From Octopus sinensis (taxonomy: Eukaryota), in contig NC_043008.1 of NCBI RefSeq assembly GCF_006345805.1, positions 30,628,001-30,692,000 on the forward strand: a stretch of DNA of 64,000 bases. Reading direction: 5' to 3'. The notes under the pieces are model-generated. The model worked only from the letters and a program-made list of their open reading frames with translations. It ran no database searches and had not been told where the DNA came from. Positions 1-11,650 of this stretch are shown piece after piece (position 1 is the first letter of the stretch; every line of letters starts with the position of its first letter). A program made the position numbers and the translations under genes.

Positions 1-1336
1 TCGCGGTACACATGTTTCGAGCATTATAAAACAACTTATTCTTACATCAATGTATAATCGACATAACAAATAGTTTAAAGCCCTTTTCAGCCGCATGCAA
101 TTGCTACACCAAAGACTTGTATCACATTATGAAAGGTCTGAAAAAGAACATTTAGTATTATTTATAATGGTAGGTAAATTGAGTATCACTGAGAAAGAAT
201 GTTTGTAAATCTTCATAATCAAATAGGTGTACAGGGTATTATTGGACGCTAAAAAACCGCCCATACCGTTTCTCACTCAATATAGAGTGAATGCTGGGTA
301 CATAAACATATAAGTACTCAAACATACATATATCAATATATATCACCATTGTGACTGTATCTGTACATATTGATGCATGTTTCTCTCTATGCATTGATAT
401 GCGTGCGAATTGTGAATCAGTATGTAGATTTCAATATATATCTTAAAATAAAGTTAGATCTTGCTTTTAATTTTTGAAGATGTTTCCGTAAAAGAGATGT
501 TTAAAATTCAGTTTAATGATAGTTTTGTTAACTGAGTTTTTGAAACATATCATGTTGTGTTCCGCTTATTCTCTCTTTCTTTGGGGGGATTTTTTTTACC
601 CATTGTTTCCGTTTTGCATTTCTTTCATTCGTATCGCTTTTATTGGTTCATAACCGAAAATAAACACGTATCTCGAAGAGAACCGAGATAGCAAAAATTT
701 CTTTACATAGCTTATACGGTGCCAGTGAATGCATTTATATTAACAATTGATAAGGGTGATGCACTTATTGCATGAAAATGTATTTGCGAAAAGCAGTAAC
801 TGATATTTTAAGATGCTGTTGAAATAGAAAGTGAAAAATATAAGTATTCCATAAGTATAAAAATGTTTAACGTAACGCTTCAATTATATACAATATGAAA
901 GAGTAGAATGCACATTTCTGATTGGTTACTTATTTCTATTTCAATTTTCATATATTTTGTGCTTTTATTATTCGTACAACACATCTCCATTGCTTGTCCT
1001 TCCCTCTCATAATTTCTCTTTCTCAATTTATCGCGATCACTATATTTCTATCACTCCCCTCTCTTTTTCTGTCTCTCTCCCTCTGCCTTTCCCTCTCTCT
1101 CTCACTCTTTCTCTCTCTCTCCCTCTCTCTCCCTTTCTCTCTCCCTCTCTCTCTCTCCCTCTGTGTCTGTTTCTCTCCTCTGCACGTATATATTGATATA
1201 TGAACGTATGTATGTGTATTTACGTAATTGTATGTGTATTTCAGAATGCATGCACATATATATGAAAGTGCATATATACATATATCTATATAGATATATA
1301 TATTTGTACACACACACACATACACATATATACATA

Positions 1337-1387
<51 letters not shown>

Positions 1388-1817
1388 GTGTGTGTATATA
1401 TACCGAAGAATGTATGCGTAAGCCTAAACAAAAATGAAAATATACATGAACCTTACTTATATATATGTCTGTGTGCGTGTGTGTGTGTGTGTGTATACAC
1501 GCATATACACGTGCGCACACTCACACACAAACACACACTCACGCACGCACACACACACACATACACCCATATGTATGTATGTATATATATAATGTAAATT
1601 TAAGTGTTATGAGTGATTACGTACACATCCATTAGTGCAATAATTAAATAATATAAAAGTACTACAATAACGAAAACATTACAAAAGTACTAAACAAGAA
1701 AATAATCGAGAACTGATCCAAAAACAAATTATATTAGTATATTTGTATGTTTCTGTTTTATATCGAAATATATTTATACATACGTATGTGTGTGTAAATA
1801 TATATATCAATATATAT

Positions 1818-1873
<56 letters not shown>

Positions 1874-1875
<2 letters not shown>

Positions 1876-2391
1876 TATATCGTATTTAGATAGACAGACA
1901 GATATGTATAAGTTAATAACCTTATTGCATGGTTTCCAAAGACCTTCTCCGGGTGTCGGTTAACAAAATGCTATCATAAAATAGGACTTCTATTACTAGA
2001 CACACATATAGAAAACAGCAAATATCCTTAGAGTATGTATGGACAAATTTCAGTACGAGACGATGGAGTGAAGAGGCTTTATTGGGAATCATTAGAGTAT
2101 TAGATAATTGCTGATTTTACATCAATTATAAGCAACATTGTATTTATATGATTCAAAAATAGCTGTATACATGTTCATCCGCAGGTGATCAGACTTAAAG
2201 TAGTGCTTAGAGATTCATTGAAGACAATTGGCATGTGTCTCAGTGGCAATAATTGATTAGTAGCCCTTATCTTATTACAATGTATATAACAAGAAAATTT
2301 GCACTCAATGGATGGAGTACAATCTTGTTGATTCTTATCTTAACGGAACAGTAAACTATACACATATGTATGTATATATATATATATATAT

Positions 2392-2423
<32 letters not shown>

Positions 2424-2930
2424 ATATATATATATCATATATCGTATTTAGATAGACAGACAGATATGTATAAGTTAATAACCTTATTGCATGGTTTCCA
2501 AAGACCTTCTCCGGGTGTCGGTTAACAAAATGCTATCATAAAATAGGACTTCTATTACTAGACACACATATAGAAAACAGCAAATATCCTTAGAGTATGT
2601 ATGGACAAATTTCAGTACGAGACGATGGAGTGAAGAGGCTTTATTGGGAATCATTAGAGTATTAGATAATTGCTGATTTTACATCAATTATAAGCAACAT
2701 TGTATTTATATGATTCAAAAATAGCTGTATACATGTTCATCCGCAGGTGATCAGACTTAAAGTAGTGCTTAGAGATTCATTGAAGACAATTGGCATGTGT
2801 CTCAGTGGCAATAATTGATTAGTAGCCCTTATCTTATTACAATGTATATAACAAGAAAATTTGCACTCAATGGATGGAGTACAATCTTGTTGATTCTTAT
2901 CTTAACGGAACAGTAAACTATACACATATG

Positions 2931-2935
<5 letters not shown>
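1874..2935. repeat. Tandem duplication of a ~500-bp unique segment (period ~562 bp), each copy bounded by (TA)n
   Basis: CATATATCGTATTTAGATAGAC starts at 1874 and again at 2436. The copies read identically through AACAGTAAACTATACACATATG. Confidence 0.95.
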
Positions 2936-2999
<64 letters not shown>

Positions 3000-3000
<1 letters not shown>

Positions 3001-3425
3001 CAATTAAATGAACTGAGATAGAATTAAGAGGAATAAAATCATTGTTTTGTATTGTTAAAGGGATTCAAAGTCATACCGATTTCATCAATTTCTGTTCACT
3101 GGCTTTGAATGCGCACCGATTACCAAACGGTGTCCCTGAGTAAAATGATTATATGCAAGGGAGGTAAGTAGTTCTGGGGGTGGGGGTGCAATTGGGTAGA
3201 TGTAATACTGTAATATGAATGGTGTATGGAATATATAGGAATTGGTGGTATTAATGGTAAGGTTAGTAGTGTTCTATACTATATTATGTGCTCATATTGA
3301 GTTGTGGATGATATTTATTGATGAACGTTGCTTCTTTACTCATTCTTTGCAGAACCAAGGTGTTCTGTGAACATTGATATAAAGGGAAAATTTGAATGTT
3401 AGGATTAAGATTCCTATTTATACCT
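3000..3425 (-). mobile_element. Penelope-like element 3' end (GIY-YIG C-terminus plus 3' region), degenerate
   Basis: Minus translation ...NIQIFPLYQCSQNTLVLQRMSKEATFINKYHPQLNMST*. Collinear and homologous to the plus-strand copy at 17230-17660. Confidence 0.75.
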
Positions 3426-3458
3426 AAATACATGTATATGCACGTATATATTTTTATC

Positions 3459-3494
<36 letters not shown>

Positions 3495-3986
3495 GATAAA
3501 TATATATATTTATATGAGAGTGTCTGTGTGCATGCATTTATGTATGTGTTCGGTTGTGGAGATATATATATATAAATGGAGAGAGTGAGAGATAGAGAAA
3601 AAGAAATAGAGAACGAAAGAAAGAAACAAATAACTAGAAAGAAAAACACCGAGAAAATGTACAACTGCGTGATAAATACGCAAATTTATAAAATTTTATA
3701 AAACTACACATGCGCAGGTGTGTTCATACTTTCATAAATGTAATACGTACATTTATGTGTAGATATTACATATATATTCCTCCTAGCATTGGCACGTAAT
3801 GAAATATTAGATATTAAGATTTTGCTAATGCAGTATTCAATGCAATAAAGTTTCACTTTTCATGAGGAATGAGAGGTGTCAAATGCTTCAGGCAAACGTT
3901 ATGAATATAAACTTACATAAATATATTTTATAGCTTGATAGTTACAAAGATGTATATGCACAATTGTGTGTATCAATACACACATT

Positions 3987-4021
<35 letters not shown>

Positions 4022-4253
4022 TTATGCATGCATGTATGTATATATGTATATATATATATCTATATATATATATATATATATAATATATATACATATAAAT
4101 ATGTATATGTGTGTATGTGAGTACATAATTCATAAACAGATTATAAATATATATATACATATAAATATGTATGTGTGTATGTGTGTACATAATTCATAAA
4201 CTGATTGTATATATACATATATATATGTGTATATATATATGTGTATATATATA

Positions 4254-4302
<49 letters not shown>

Positions 4303-4313
4303 CGTGTATGTGT

Positions 4314-4619
4314 GGAGGCGCAATGGCCCAGTGGTTAAGGCAGCGGACTCGCGGGCGTGGGATCGCTGTTTCGATTCCCAGACTGGGTGTTGTGAGTGTT
4401 TATTGAGCGCAAACACCTAAAGCTCCGCGGGGCTCCGGCAGGGGGTGGTGGCGATCCTTGCTGTACTCTTTCGCCACAACTTTCTCTCACTTTTTCTTCT
4501 GTTAGCTTGCTCGCTTAGCCAGCGGGGTGGCATCATTTGAAAGCTAAAACAATGTGAAGCGCATTGTGACAAGCGATGTGTTGCTACATCTGATAGGCTG
4601 GTCAGTCACGGCGATCACG

Positions 4620-4622
<3 letters not shown>
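4314..4622 (+). mobile_element. tRNA-derived SINE (family E here)
   Basis: Pol III A box TGGCCCAGTGG and B box GTTTCGATTCCC, then ~230 bp of non-tRNA body ending in a (TA)n run. No complete tRNA acceptor stem. Confidence 0.85.
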
Positions 4623-4654
<32 letters not shown>

Positions 4655-4989
4655 TCTTATCCAAAATATGAAATCATCTATTAACAATTCCCTCTCTTTC
4701 TCATATGTATCTATATATAAATATATAATAATTAATATACTACTACTAATAATAATAACAATAATGATAATTATTATTATCATTACTATTACTATTATTA
4801 TTATTATATTATTATAATAATTATGATAATAATAATTGTTATTATTATCATTATTGTTATTATTATTATTATCATTATTATTATTATTATTATAGTAATA
4901 GCGATGATGATGATGATGATGAAGAGGAGGAGGAGGAGGAGGAAGAGGAAGTGGAGGATTGTGGTGGTGGTGATTTTTTCTAAATCTGC

Positions 4990-5510
4990 AATTGCATATA
5001 TGAGAAGGGCATCACAATGACAGACAAAAATTTTTTGAGGGTTTACATAAAAGATTGAGAGAAAGAAATGTGAAATACGGGAATATCAAAGTGAACGTGA
5101 AAAAGGTTGATGCGAAACCTTTACATTGTCAGTTTTGGAAGAATACGCTGGACTTGGGTAAAAAAAAGGGATATTGTGAAAAGAAACAATGTGTTTTATT
5201 ATTGCAACTGCATATAAAGTACTGCAAATAAACAATTTGAGAAAATATGTGTATGGATAGAAGGTGTCGGTATATTTAGAGCATGTGCAGATTGGGATTA
5301 ACCAGTGGTACGAATCGTTGCAGAACGCTCCGAGTTGGCCTAGGAAGAATACATGATCAAGTTATGAAAGTTTTGCATTGGAAGCTTTATAAGATATGGG
5401 GCTTGAGGCAGGAAGTACAAGGTAGAGTCATCGAGTCGGAAACATGCAATAGTCTGCTGGATGTGGACAGCCGACAGTTTTCATCATACCCAGCAAAATA
5501 AGTTGTGAAT
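4990..5510 (+). mobile_element. Degenerate R4/Dong-like RLE non-LTR fragment (lineage B)
   Basis: Frameshifted motifs ..KKETMCFIIATAYKVLQINNLRKYVYG.. and HDQVMKVLHWKLYKIWG. The 3' segment at 5430-5500 resembles 33470-33540. Confidence 0.65.
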
Positions 5511-5532
5511 TTTCATATAATAATAATGATAC

Positions 5533-5590
<58 letters not shown>

Positions 5591-5592
<2 letters not shown>

Positions 5593-7246
5593 CCTAAAAC
5601 TATACGCTACAAATGACAAACAGCTGGAAACACTATTAAAGACAGTTCATGGATTTACCAAAGAAATAGATATGAAATTTGGATTAGAGAAATGCACCAA
5701 AGTAACCCCGAAAAGAGGAAAACTAGTTAAGAGTAGCAACATTACACTGGATAAAACCAATGAAATAAAAGAATTAGACCAAAGCCAAACTTACAAATAC
5801 TTAGGAATCCATGAACTAGATAAGACGCAACACACACAAATGAAAGAGAAAATAAAAAAAGAATATTATAGACGAGTTAGATCAATACTGAGAACAGAGC
5901 TCAATGCTGAAAACAAGATAATAGGTATCAACACTATAGCCGTCCCAGTTATAAATTACAGCTACAATATCCTTAACTGGACACTAAATGAACTGACCAA
6001 AATAGATAGGAAAACAAGAAAAATAATGACAGGATCTAGGATGCATCACCCAAAATCTGACATAGAAAGGCTATATATACAACGTAGAGATGGTGGTAGA
6101 GGCCTTATATAGCTGGAAAACTACTATAAAATAACCACCATAGGACTGAAAAAAATACCTACTTCAGAAGCAAGGAAAACTTATACAAATAGCGGCAAAA
6201 CACGAGCAAAGCAAAAAAACTGTTCTCAGTATTTAAGGAAGCTGACAAATACAAACAAGAAATCATACCACCTTACAAATATGAAGAAAAAGAAGAAGAA
6301 GATGAAGAAACAACAAAAGCTATACAACAAATGAAATCCAAACTAAAAATAGAACAGCAACGAAGCATGATAAAACGATGGCAAGAAAAGCCCCTTCATG
6401 GCAAATACTGGACTAAACTAAATGCAAAAGAAATAGACAAAGAAAAATCCCAATAATGGTTGAGAAGCTCAGGATTCAAAGCAGAGACAGAAGGATTTTT
6501 AATTGCAGCACAAGACCAAAGCCTCCCCACCAGAAATTACCAAAAACATGTAATGAAAATAAATATAACAAGTAACTGCAGAATATGTGGAGATGGACAA
6601 GAAACAAGAAATCATATTATCTCTGGCTGCCCAGTCCTGGCTAAGAAGGAATATATTCACAGACACGACAGAGTTGGGACCTATATACACTGGAAACTAT
6701 GCCAACATTATGGTATAACAACAGAAAAAAGATGGTATAGGCACACACCAGAAAAGGTCACAGAAAACGAGAAAGCAACCATACTCTGGGATATGCCGAT
6801 ACACAGAGATAGAGAAATTAAGGCCAACAGACCAGATATAGTTGTCAGAGATCATGAAGAAAAAAATGTTTTCTAATTGATGTATCAATACCAGCGGATG
6901 ACAACGTGTCATTAAAAGAAATGGAGAAACTTTCAAAATACAAAGACCTGGAAATAGAGGTAACCAGAATGTGGAATCTAAAAACAGAAACAATTCCTAT
7001 CATAATAGGTGCATTAGGCATGATAAAACAATATTCAGACAAATACATAACAAAAACACCAGGACTTACAAACACATATAACATACAGAAAATTGCACTG
7101 CTAGGCACTGCACACATCCTACGCAGAACACTTTCCATACAATAACCATCAGAGCATCACAGCAAATCACAGCACATACCCAAGGCACACAGAGCTGTGC
7201 TCGGTAGTGAAGTGAAAGCACGATATAAAAAATATACTGCTGAATG
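5591..7246 (+). mobile_element. 5'-truncated R4/Dong-clade non-LTR retrotransposon (RT C-terminus, CCHC knuckle, restriction-like endonuclease) inserted in (TAA)n; pseudogenised
   Basis: Starts at D-L-K-L-Y-A (end of the RT YMDD motif), then FGLEKC, YKYLG and RLY..R..GGRGL. Knuckle CRICGDGQETRNHIISGC (C-x2-C-x8-H-x4-C). RLE motifs RPDIVV..LIDVSIP..EKLSKYKDL..PIIIGALG. Stops at ~6110 and ~6453, frameshifts near 6150 and 6862. (TAA)n on both sides. Confidence 0.93.
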
Positions 7247-7327
<81 letters not shown>

Positions 7328-7525
7328 GGCTCCACCTGCAAGGTCATGTGCTGTTTATCTTGATATGAGATCACCATGTCGCGCACATATGGTTGTGATG
7401 CATGTGCCTGGTGTACCTTTATCAGACGGGTAGTCATGATGGGTATACTGGGCTTCGTATATTTTGCCCCAGTGTCACTTTGATGGCATGCTCTGCTCGC
7501 TCACTCAATAATAATAATAATAATG
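7328..7525 (+). mobile_element. (AAT)n-tailed SINE-like repeat (family D), 5'-truncated
   Basis: Homologous to 32700-32860 (+) and 55855-56010 (-). All three copies end in (AAT)n. Confidence 0.8.
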
Positions 7526-7852
7526 CAATATTTTCTCCTCATATCACCTACTTTACCCATAGGCCTCATACCAGGATATGAGACTTCCCGGCAACCTTCT
7601 GAAAATTGTCCAAGGAGAAATATGAAGTGGATACTTTCCCATTGAAAGTTTTAAAGTATCCCATACGGTCATCCGTTCTTTGAGCAGAATGAAACCGCTC
7701 AACTCAAAACCCAGAGTAGAATTTTAATGTGTTGTTCAATGTTCATTGTGGGCTAGGGCTGGGGCCTGAGTAACACCACAATGGATAGAGATACGGTGGC
7801 ATATAGAGTAGAAAAATTGCTATCGTAGTAACCACTACTTTAACATAAATTA

Positions 7853-8200
7853 CAGGGTGGAGAGACAAAACTTGCACAGTTGCTGGGACATGTGAAACTC
7901 TCTCATTGCGCATTAATAGATTCAGTAATTCAAAAATAGATTAACATTCACTCACATATAATTGCAAAACGAATAATTTATCTCTGTGACTTCCATTGTT
8001 TGCAATTACGGCCTCCACACAGCTCTAAAACCTCCACAACTCTTCACCATGAGATCACTAGATACCCGGCTCACTTTTTAATGATGGGAGCCTTCAGAGA
8101 CTTGATGTTGGGTTGGAGGTTTTGTTGGTGACAATCTCCAAAGTGTTCCACACGGCATAGTCCAGAAGGTTATGGTCCAGGTTGGAAAAGGGCCAGAAAA
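7853..8200 (-). mobile_element. Tc1/mariner 3' remnant with terminal TA-CAGGGTG end
   Basis: TACAGGGTGG terminus at 7851. Minus translation WPFSNLDHNLLDYAVWNTLE resembles the WP..SPDLNPLDYAVW motif. Confidence 0.75.
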
Positions 8201-8599
8201 TACAAAACGGATCAAGAACTGAAATGGTACAGTATCATTTCAGCTCTTGATCCCTTTTGTATTTTATAAAGTCTCATTGCGATAGATGTGTATCTGAACC
8301 GTGCACATGCAAGGAGAAAAGTAAATTAGAACAATCAGGCTGAATATGAGATGGTTACCACATGACAAGATCAAGCAACCGTATGTGTGTGTGGGCGCAC
8401 GTATCTGTGTGTGTGCGTGTGCGCACATTAGCTAACTCTCACCATCAAATAGTTGATGCTTGAAAAAGTGCGTGGTGTACACCCGCCAGATGTCGAAGTG
8501 ATCGCAGAACAAGTTGAGATGCAATGATTTGCTCAAGAACACAACACATGACGCAGTATAGGAATTGGAACCACGATCTCACAATTGCGATGCATATAG

Positions 8600-8740
8600 T
8601 GAGACCATTGATGCACAGATTTTGTGTCTGGAGAACTGATTTTTCCCGTTCAGCAATCAAATATGAACATACCTTTCGGCCAAATTCCATTCCTAAGTCA
8701 ACTGAAATTGTGATTAATCCCACCTAGCGTTATTGACATT
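8600..8740 (-). mobile_element. Short degenerate RT fragment of R4/Dong type
   Basis: Minus translation ISVDLGMEFGRKVCSYLIAEREK resembles DIGMEFGLEKC..L...RGK (compare the 5672 ORF). Confidence 0.45.
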
Positions 8741-9526
8741 TTAAACATAAATCTTGAGGTCATTTACAAAGAAATTGTGTTACATTAATATCTCTTGCAG
8801 TTGCAGACGCATGCATTTAATTATGTAACAGGATTATAACAGATCTAATGGCATAATTAATAAAATAACAGGAAGATTATCTCCTTAGAATATTCCCCTT
8901 GAAATATTTATTACATTGGGGACGATCAATCCGCTCTCTCTTCTAAATTTAAGGAATTTTGATCAGGCCTTTGTGAGCATTTCAATGAAGGTAGCACTTT
9001 TAACAAACGTAGGCATTTCGGCAACCATGAATGGTGATTAGCGTCGAATCCCTTCCTATAATCAAGTCATTCGGTTGCAGGTCTCTTACTGTGTTTCTTC
9101 GCTTAAGACTATATAGCTTTTTTTATCAAAAGTTATCGGCACATCCTCACACTTCCTTCTTTCCACCAGCCTGCTCATCAGTCATTGTGTCATTGGACTC
9201 ATAATAACCCAGGTATAATTGGCTGAGTTGTATATGTACGTATGTATGTACGTATGAATGTATGTATGTATGTATGTATGTTTGTATGTATGCAGGTGTA
9301 TATGTACGTTTATATATATATGTATGTGTGTGTATTAATGTTTGTTTTTGTGTTAAATTATATTCAAAGCAACTGATGATTAAACAGGGGTATTTCTCAA
9401 TACATTTTAGTAGGGTACAATTTTTCAAGTAACTGATTGACACCAACTTCTATGTTTCAACAAGCGTATCTTCATCAGACTTATACACAACAAAATGTGA
9501 ATGAGAAATTCTGTAATATATTTATA

Positions 9527-9913
9527 CACTAGCAGTATCGCCCGGCGTTGCTCGGGTTTGTAAGGGAATAACTATAAAGCATTTTTAGAGATTTATAGCC
9601 AAAAAATAGCAAAAAAGTGGAAAAAAATTATGGTAATTTCTTTTGAGAGTTAAAAAGGTCGAGTTGCGTCCCCTAGACAGTCTGTGGTTTGTGTTTCTGA
9701 TTTTCGACCCCATGTCGAATTTATCGATTTTTTTCAGAACTGGGGGAACTTTTCAAATTTCTCTGCGTTAGTTTTGAATTATGACATTGGGCTATGTGTG
9801 TGTGTCAAGTTTCATCAGAATTGGTTGAAAGCCGTGGTCAGGGTGAGGGTACAACCTAACAGACACACAGACACGCACACAGACAAACTGCCGTTTATAT
9901 ATAGAGAGAGAGA
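9527..9913 (+). mobile_element. Non-autonomous Helentron/Helitron-like element (DINE-1/Lep1-like architecture)
   Basis: 5' ACTAGC followed by a short GC hairpin CCCGGCGTTGCTCGGG. 3' part AAGTTTCATCAGAATTGG, an internal CAGA/CACA microsatellite and TTTATATATAGAG..AT end. Confidence 0.65.
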
Positions 9914-10068
9914 TTAGAAAGATTGGTTGTGATTATGAATTATGTAAGCACGTAAAAGCATTTCCATATTTTCGTTCTGCGAAAAATCGAAGTTTGTGTT
10001 CGCTTCACAATTAACCGCTGGCTCCACAGAAATAACATACGCAAGTTCCTTCAATCTATTATGTGTGC

Positions 10069-10105
<37 letters not shown>

Positions 10106-10229
10106 TATAGAGAGATACATACGTACAATAGACAAACATACATACATACATACATACATATACACGCGCGTACACGCATACATGCACGCATATGTATGCA
10201 TATATATATGTATATATATAATATATATA

Positions 10230-10434
10230 TAGTTAATCCAAACATGAAAACACAAAGAGAAAACACAACAACGCGAGGACGGGGAACAGATATAGTATTA
10301 CTGGACGCTCAGGAAGGAAGGGAAGAAGGAGGGTGTTACGTTTCGAGCGGAGCTCTTCGTCAGAAGCATAGGAAAAGGAAAGATCCAGAGAAGGGAAGAC
10401 GGAGGGAAAACATCGCCAACGGTACACATGCGGT

Positions 10435-10437
<3 letters not shown>
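10230..10437 (-). mobile_element. Short PLE-derived element between (TA)n runs carrying a hammerhead-like motif
   Basis: Minus 10363-10337 reads CTGACGA-A-GAGC-TCC-GCTC-GAAAC-GTA. A truncated homologue lies at 58630-58700 in the opposite orientation. Confidence 0.65.
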
Positions 10438-10494
<57 letters not shown>

Positions 10495-11429
10495 TTGTGT
10501 GTATGCATGTGTTTGTGTGTGTAGGTTACGTCACATGTGTTCGACCAGGATTTTATTTAAACCAGAAGCAACATAGCAAAAATGGTAACCATAATGAGCA
10601 AAAAGCCAAGCAGTTTCTCATAAGAAGGGTTGTAAAGAATACATCAAGTGATATTCCAAATGAGAAGGTAGCGGCAAGTTCCTAACCTCACGAACGATGA
10701 GAATAAATATGATAATTTGATTTCATGAAGAATATGATCATGGAAAATAAGATGAACTCCGGAAAGTAGCAGCATGTTGAGATGCGTCAGCAGGTTGACT
10801 CTGTAGCAAAAAAGATTTTCGTTACAACAATCATAAGGCAGAGTTTGTGTGTGATGGTTGTTACAATGATTTGAGCTGTACTTTATTTCGTTTCTAAGTA
10901 AAAGGAAAAAAGTCATTATTGATTTATAATTTCGTAATGGCACTTACACTTAAATGTTCATTGACGAACACTTTGCTTTGACTGTAATTTACTTCTATAT
11001 CTAATTTAATATTTTTACAATATACTTAGCAAGTAACAATTATGTATGTAGCACTTACTCCCTAATAATATATGCAATTTATTTTGTTAATAAATGTGTT
11101 CGAAATGACGACACATTTAATTGTTTAACTCTGCTGATGAAAGTAGACATGTAATATAATTAGATGAATCTATTCACATCTGCCATGAAAATCTCTAATA
11201 TATACCATCTTCCATATAAAATATAGGTTAGAATTTGTCGATGAAGGCTGAGTAAGTGCGAGTAAATACGCAGAATGTAAGACATATATATACGCACACG
11301 CATGTATGTGTATGTGTGTGAGAGAGAGTGAGAGAGAGAGAGAGAGAAAGGGAAAGAGAGAAAGAGAGTGCCTGTGTGTACGCACACAAACACACACATA
11401 TGGATAGATAGAGAGAAAAACAGACAGAC

Positions 11430-11430
<1 letters not shown>

Positions 11431-11479
<49 letters not shown>

Positions 11480-11480
11480 G

Positions 11481-11552
<72 letters not shown>

Positions 11553-11566
11553 GATGGATGGGTAGG

Positions 11567-11638
<72 letters not shown>
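11431..11638. repeat. (GATA)n microsatellite; similar arrays at ~28441-28606, 36188-36352 and 46959-47042
   Basis: Direct read of tandem GATA units, which explains the YLSI/IYLS ORFs. Confidence 0.97.
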
Positions 11639-11650
11639 CAGATAGACAGA

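Noticed and set aside
4314-4385. tRNA gene
   Set aside because: A and B boxes are present, but there is no closed acceptor stem and the sequence continues into a SINE body.
9441-9485. Minus-strand CTGATGA...GAAAC hammerhead-like spacing
   Set aside because: Stems I and II do not pair convincingly; at most an unrecognisable relic.
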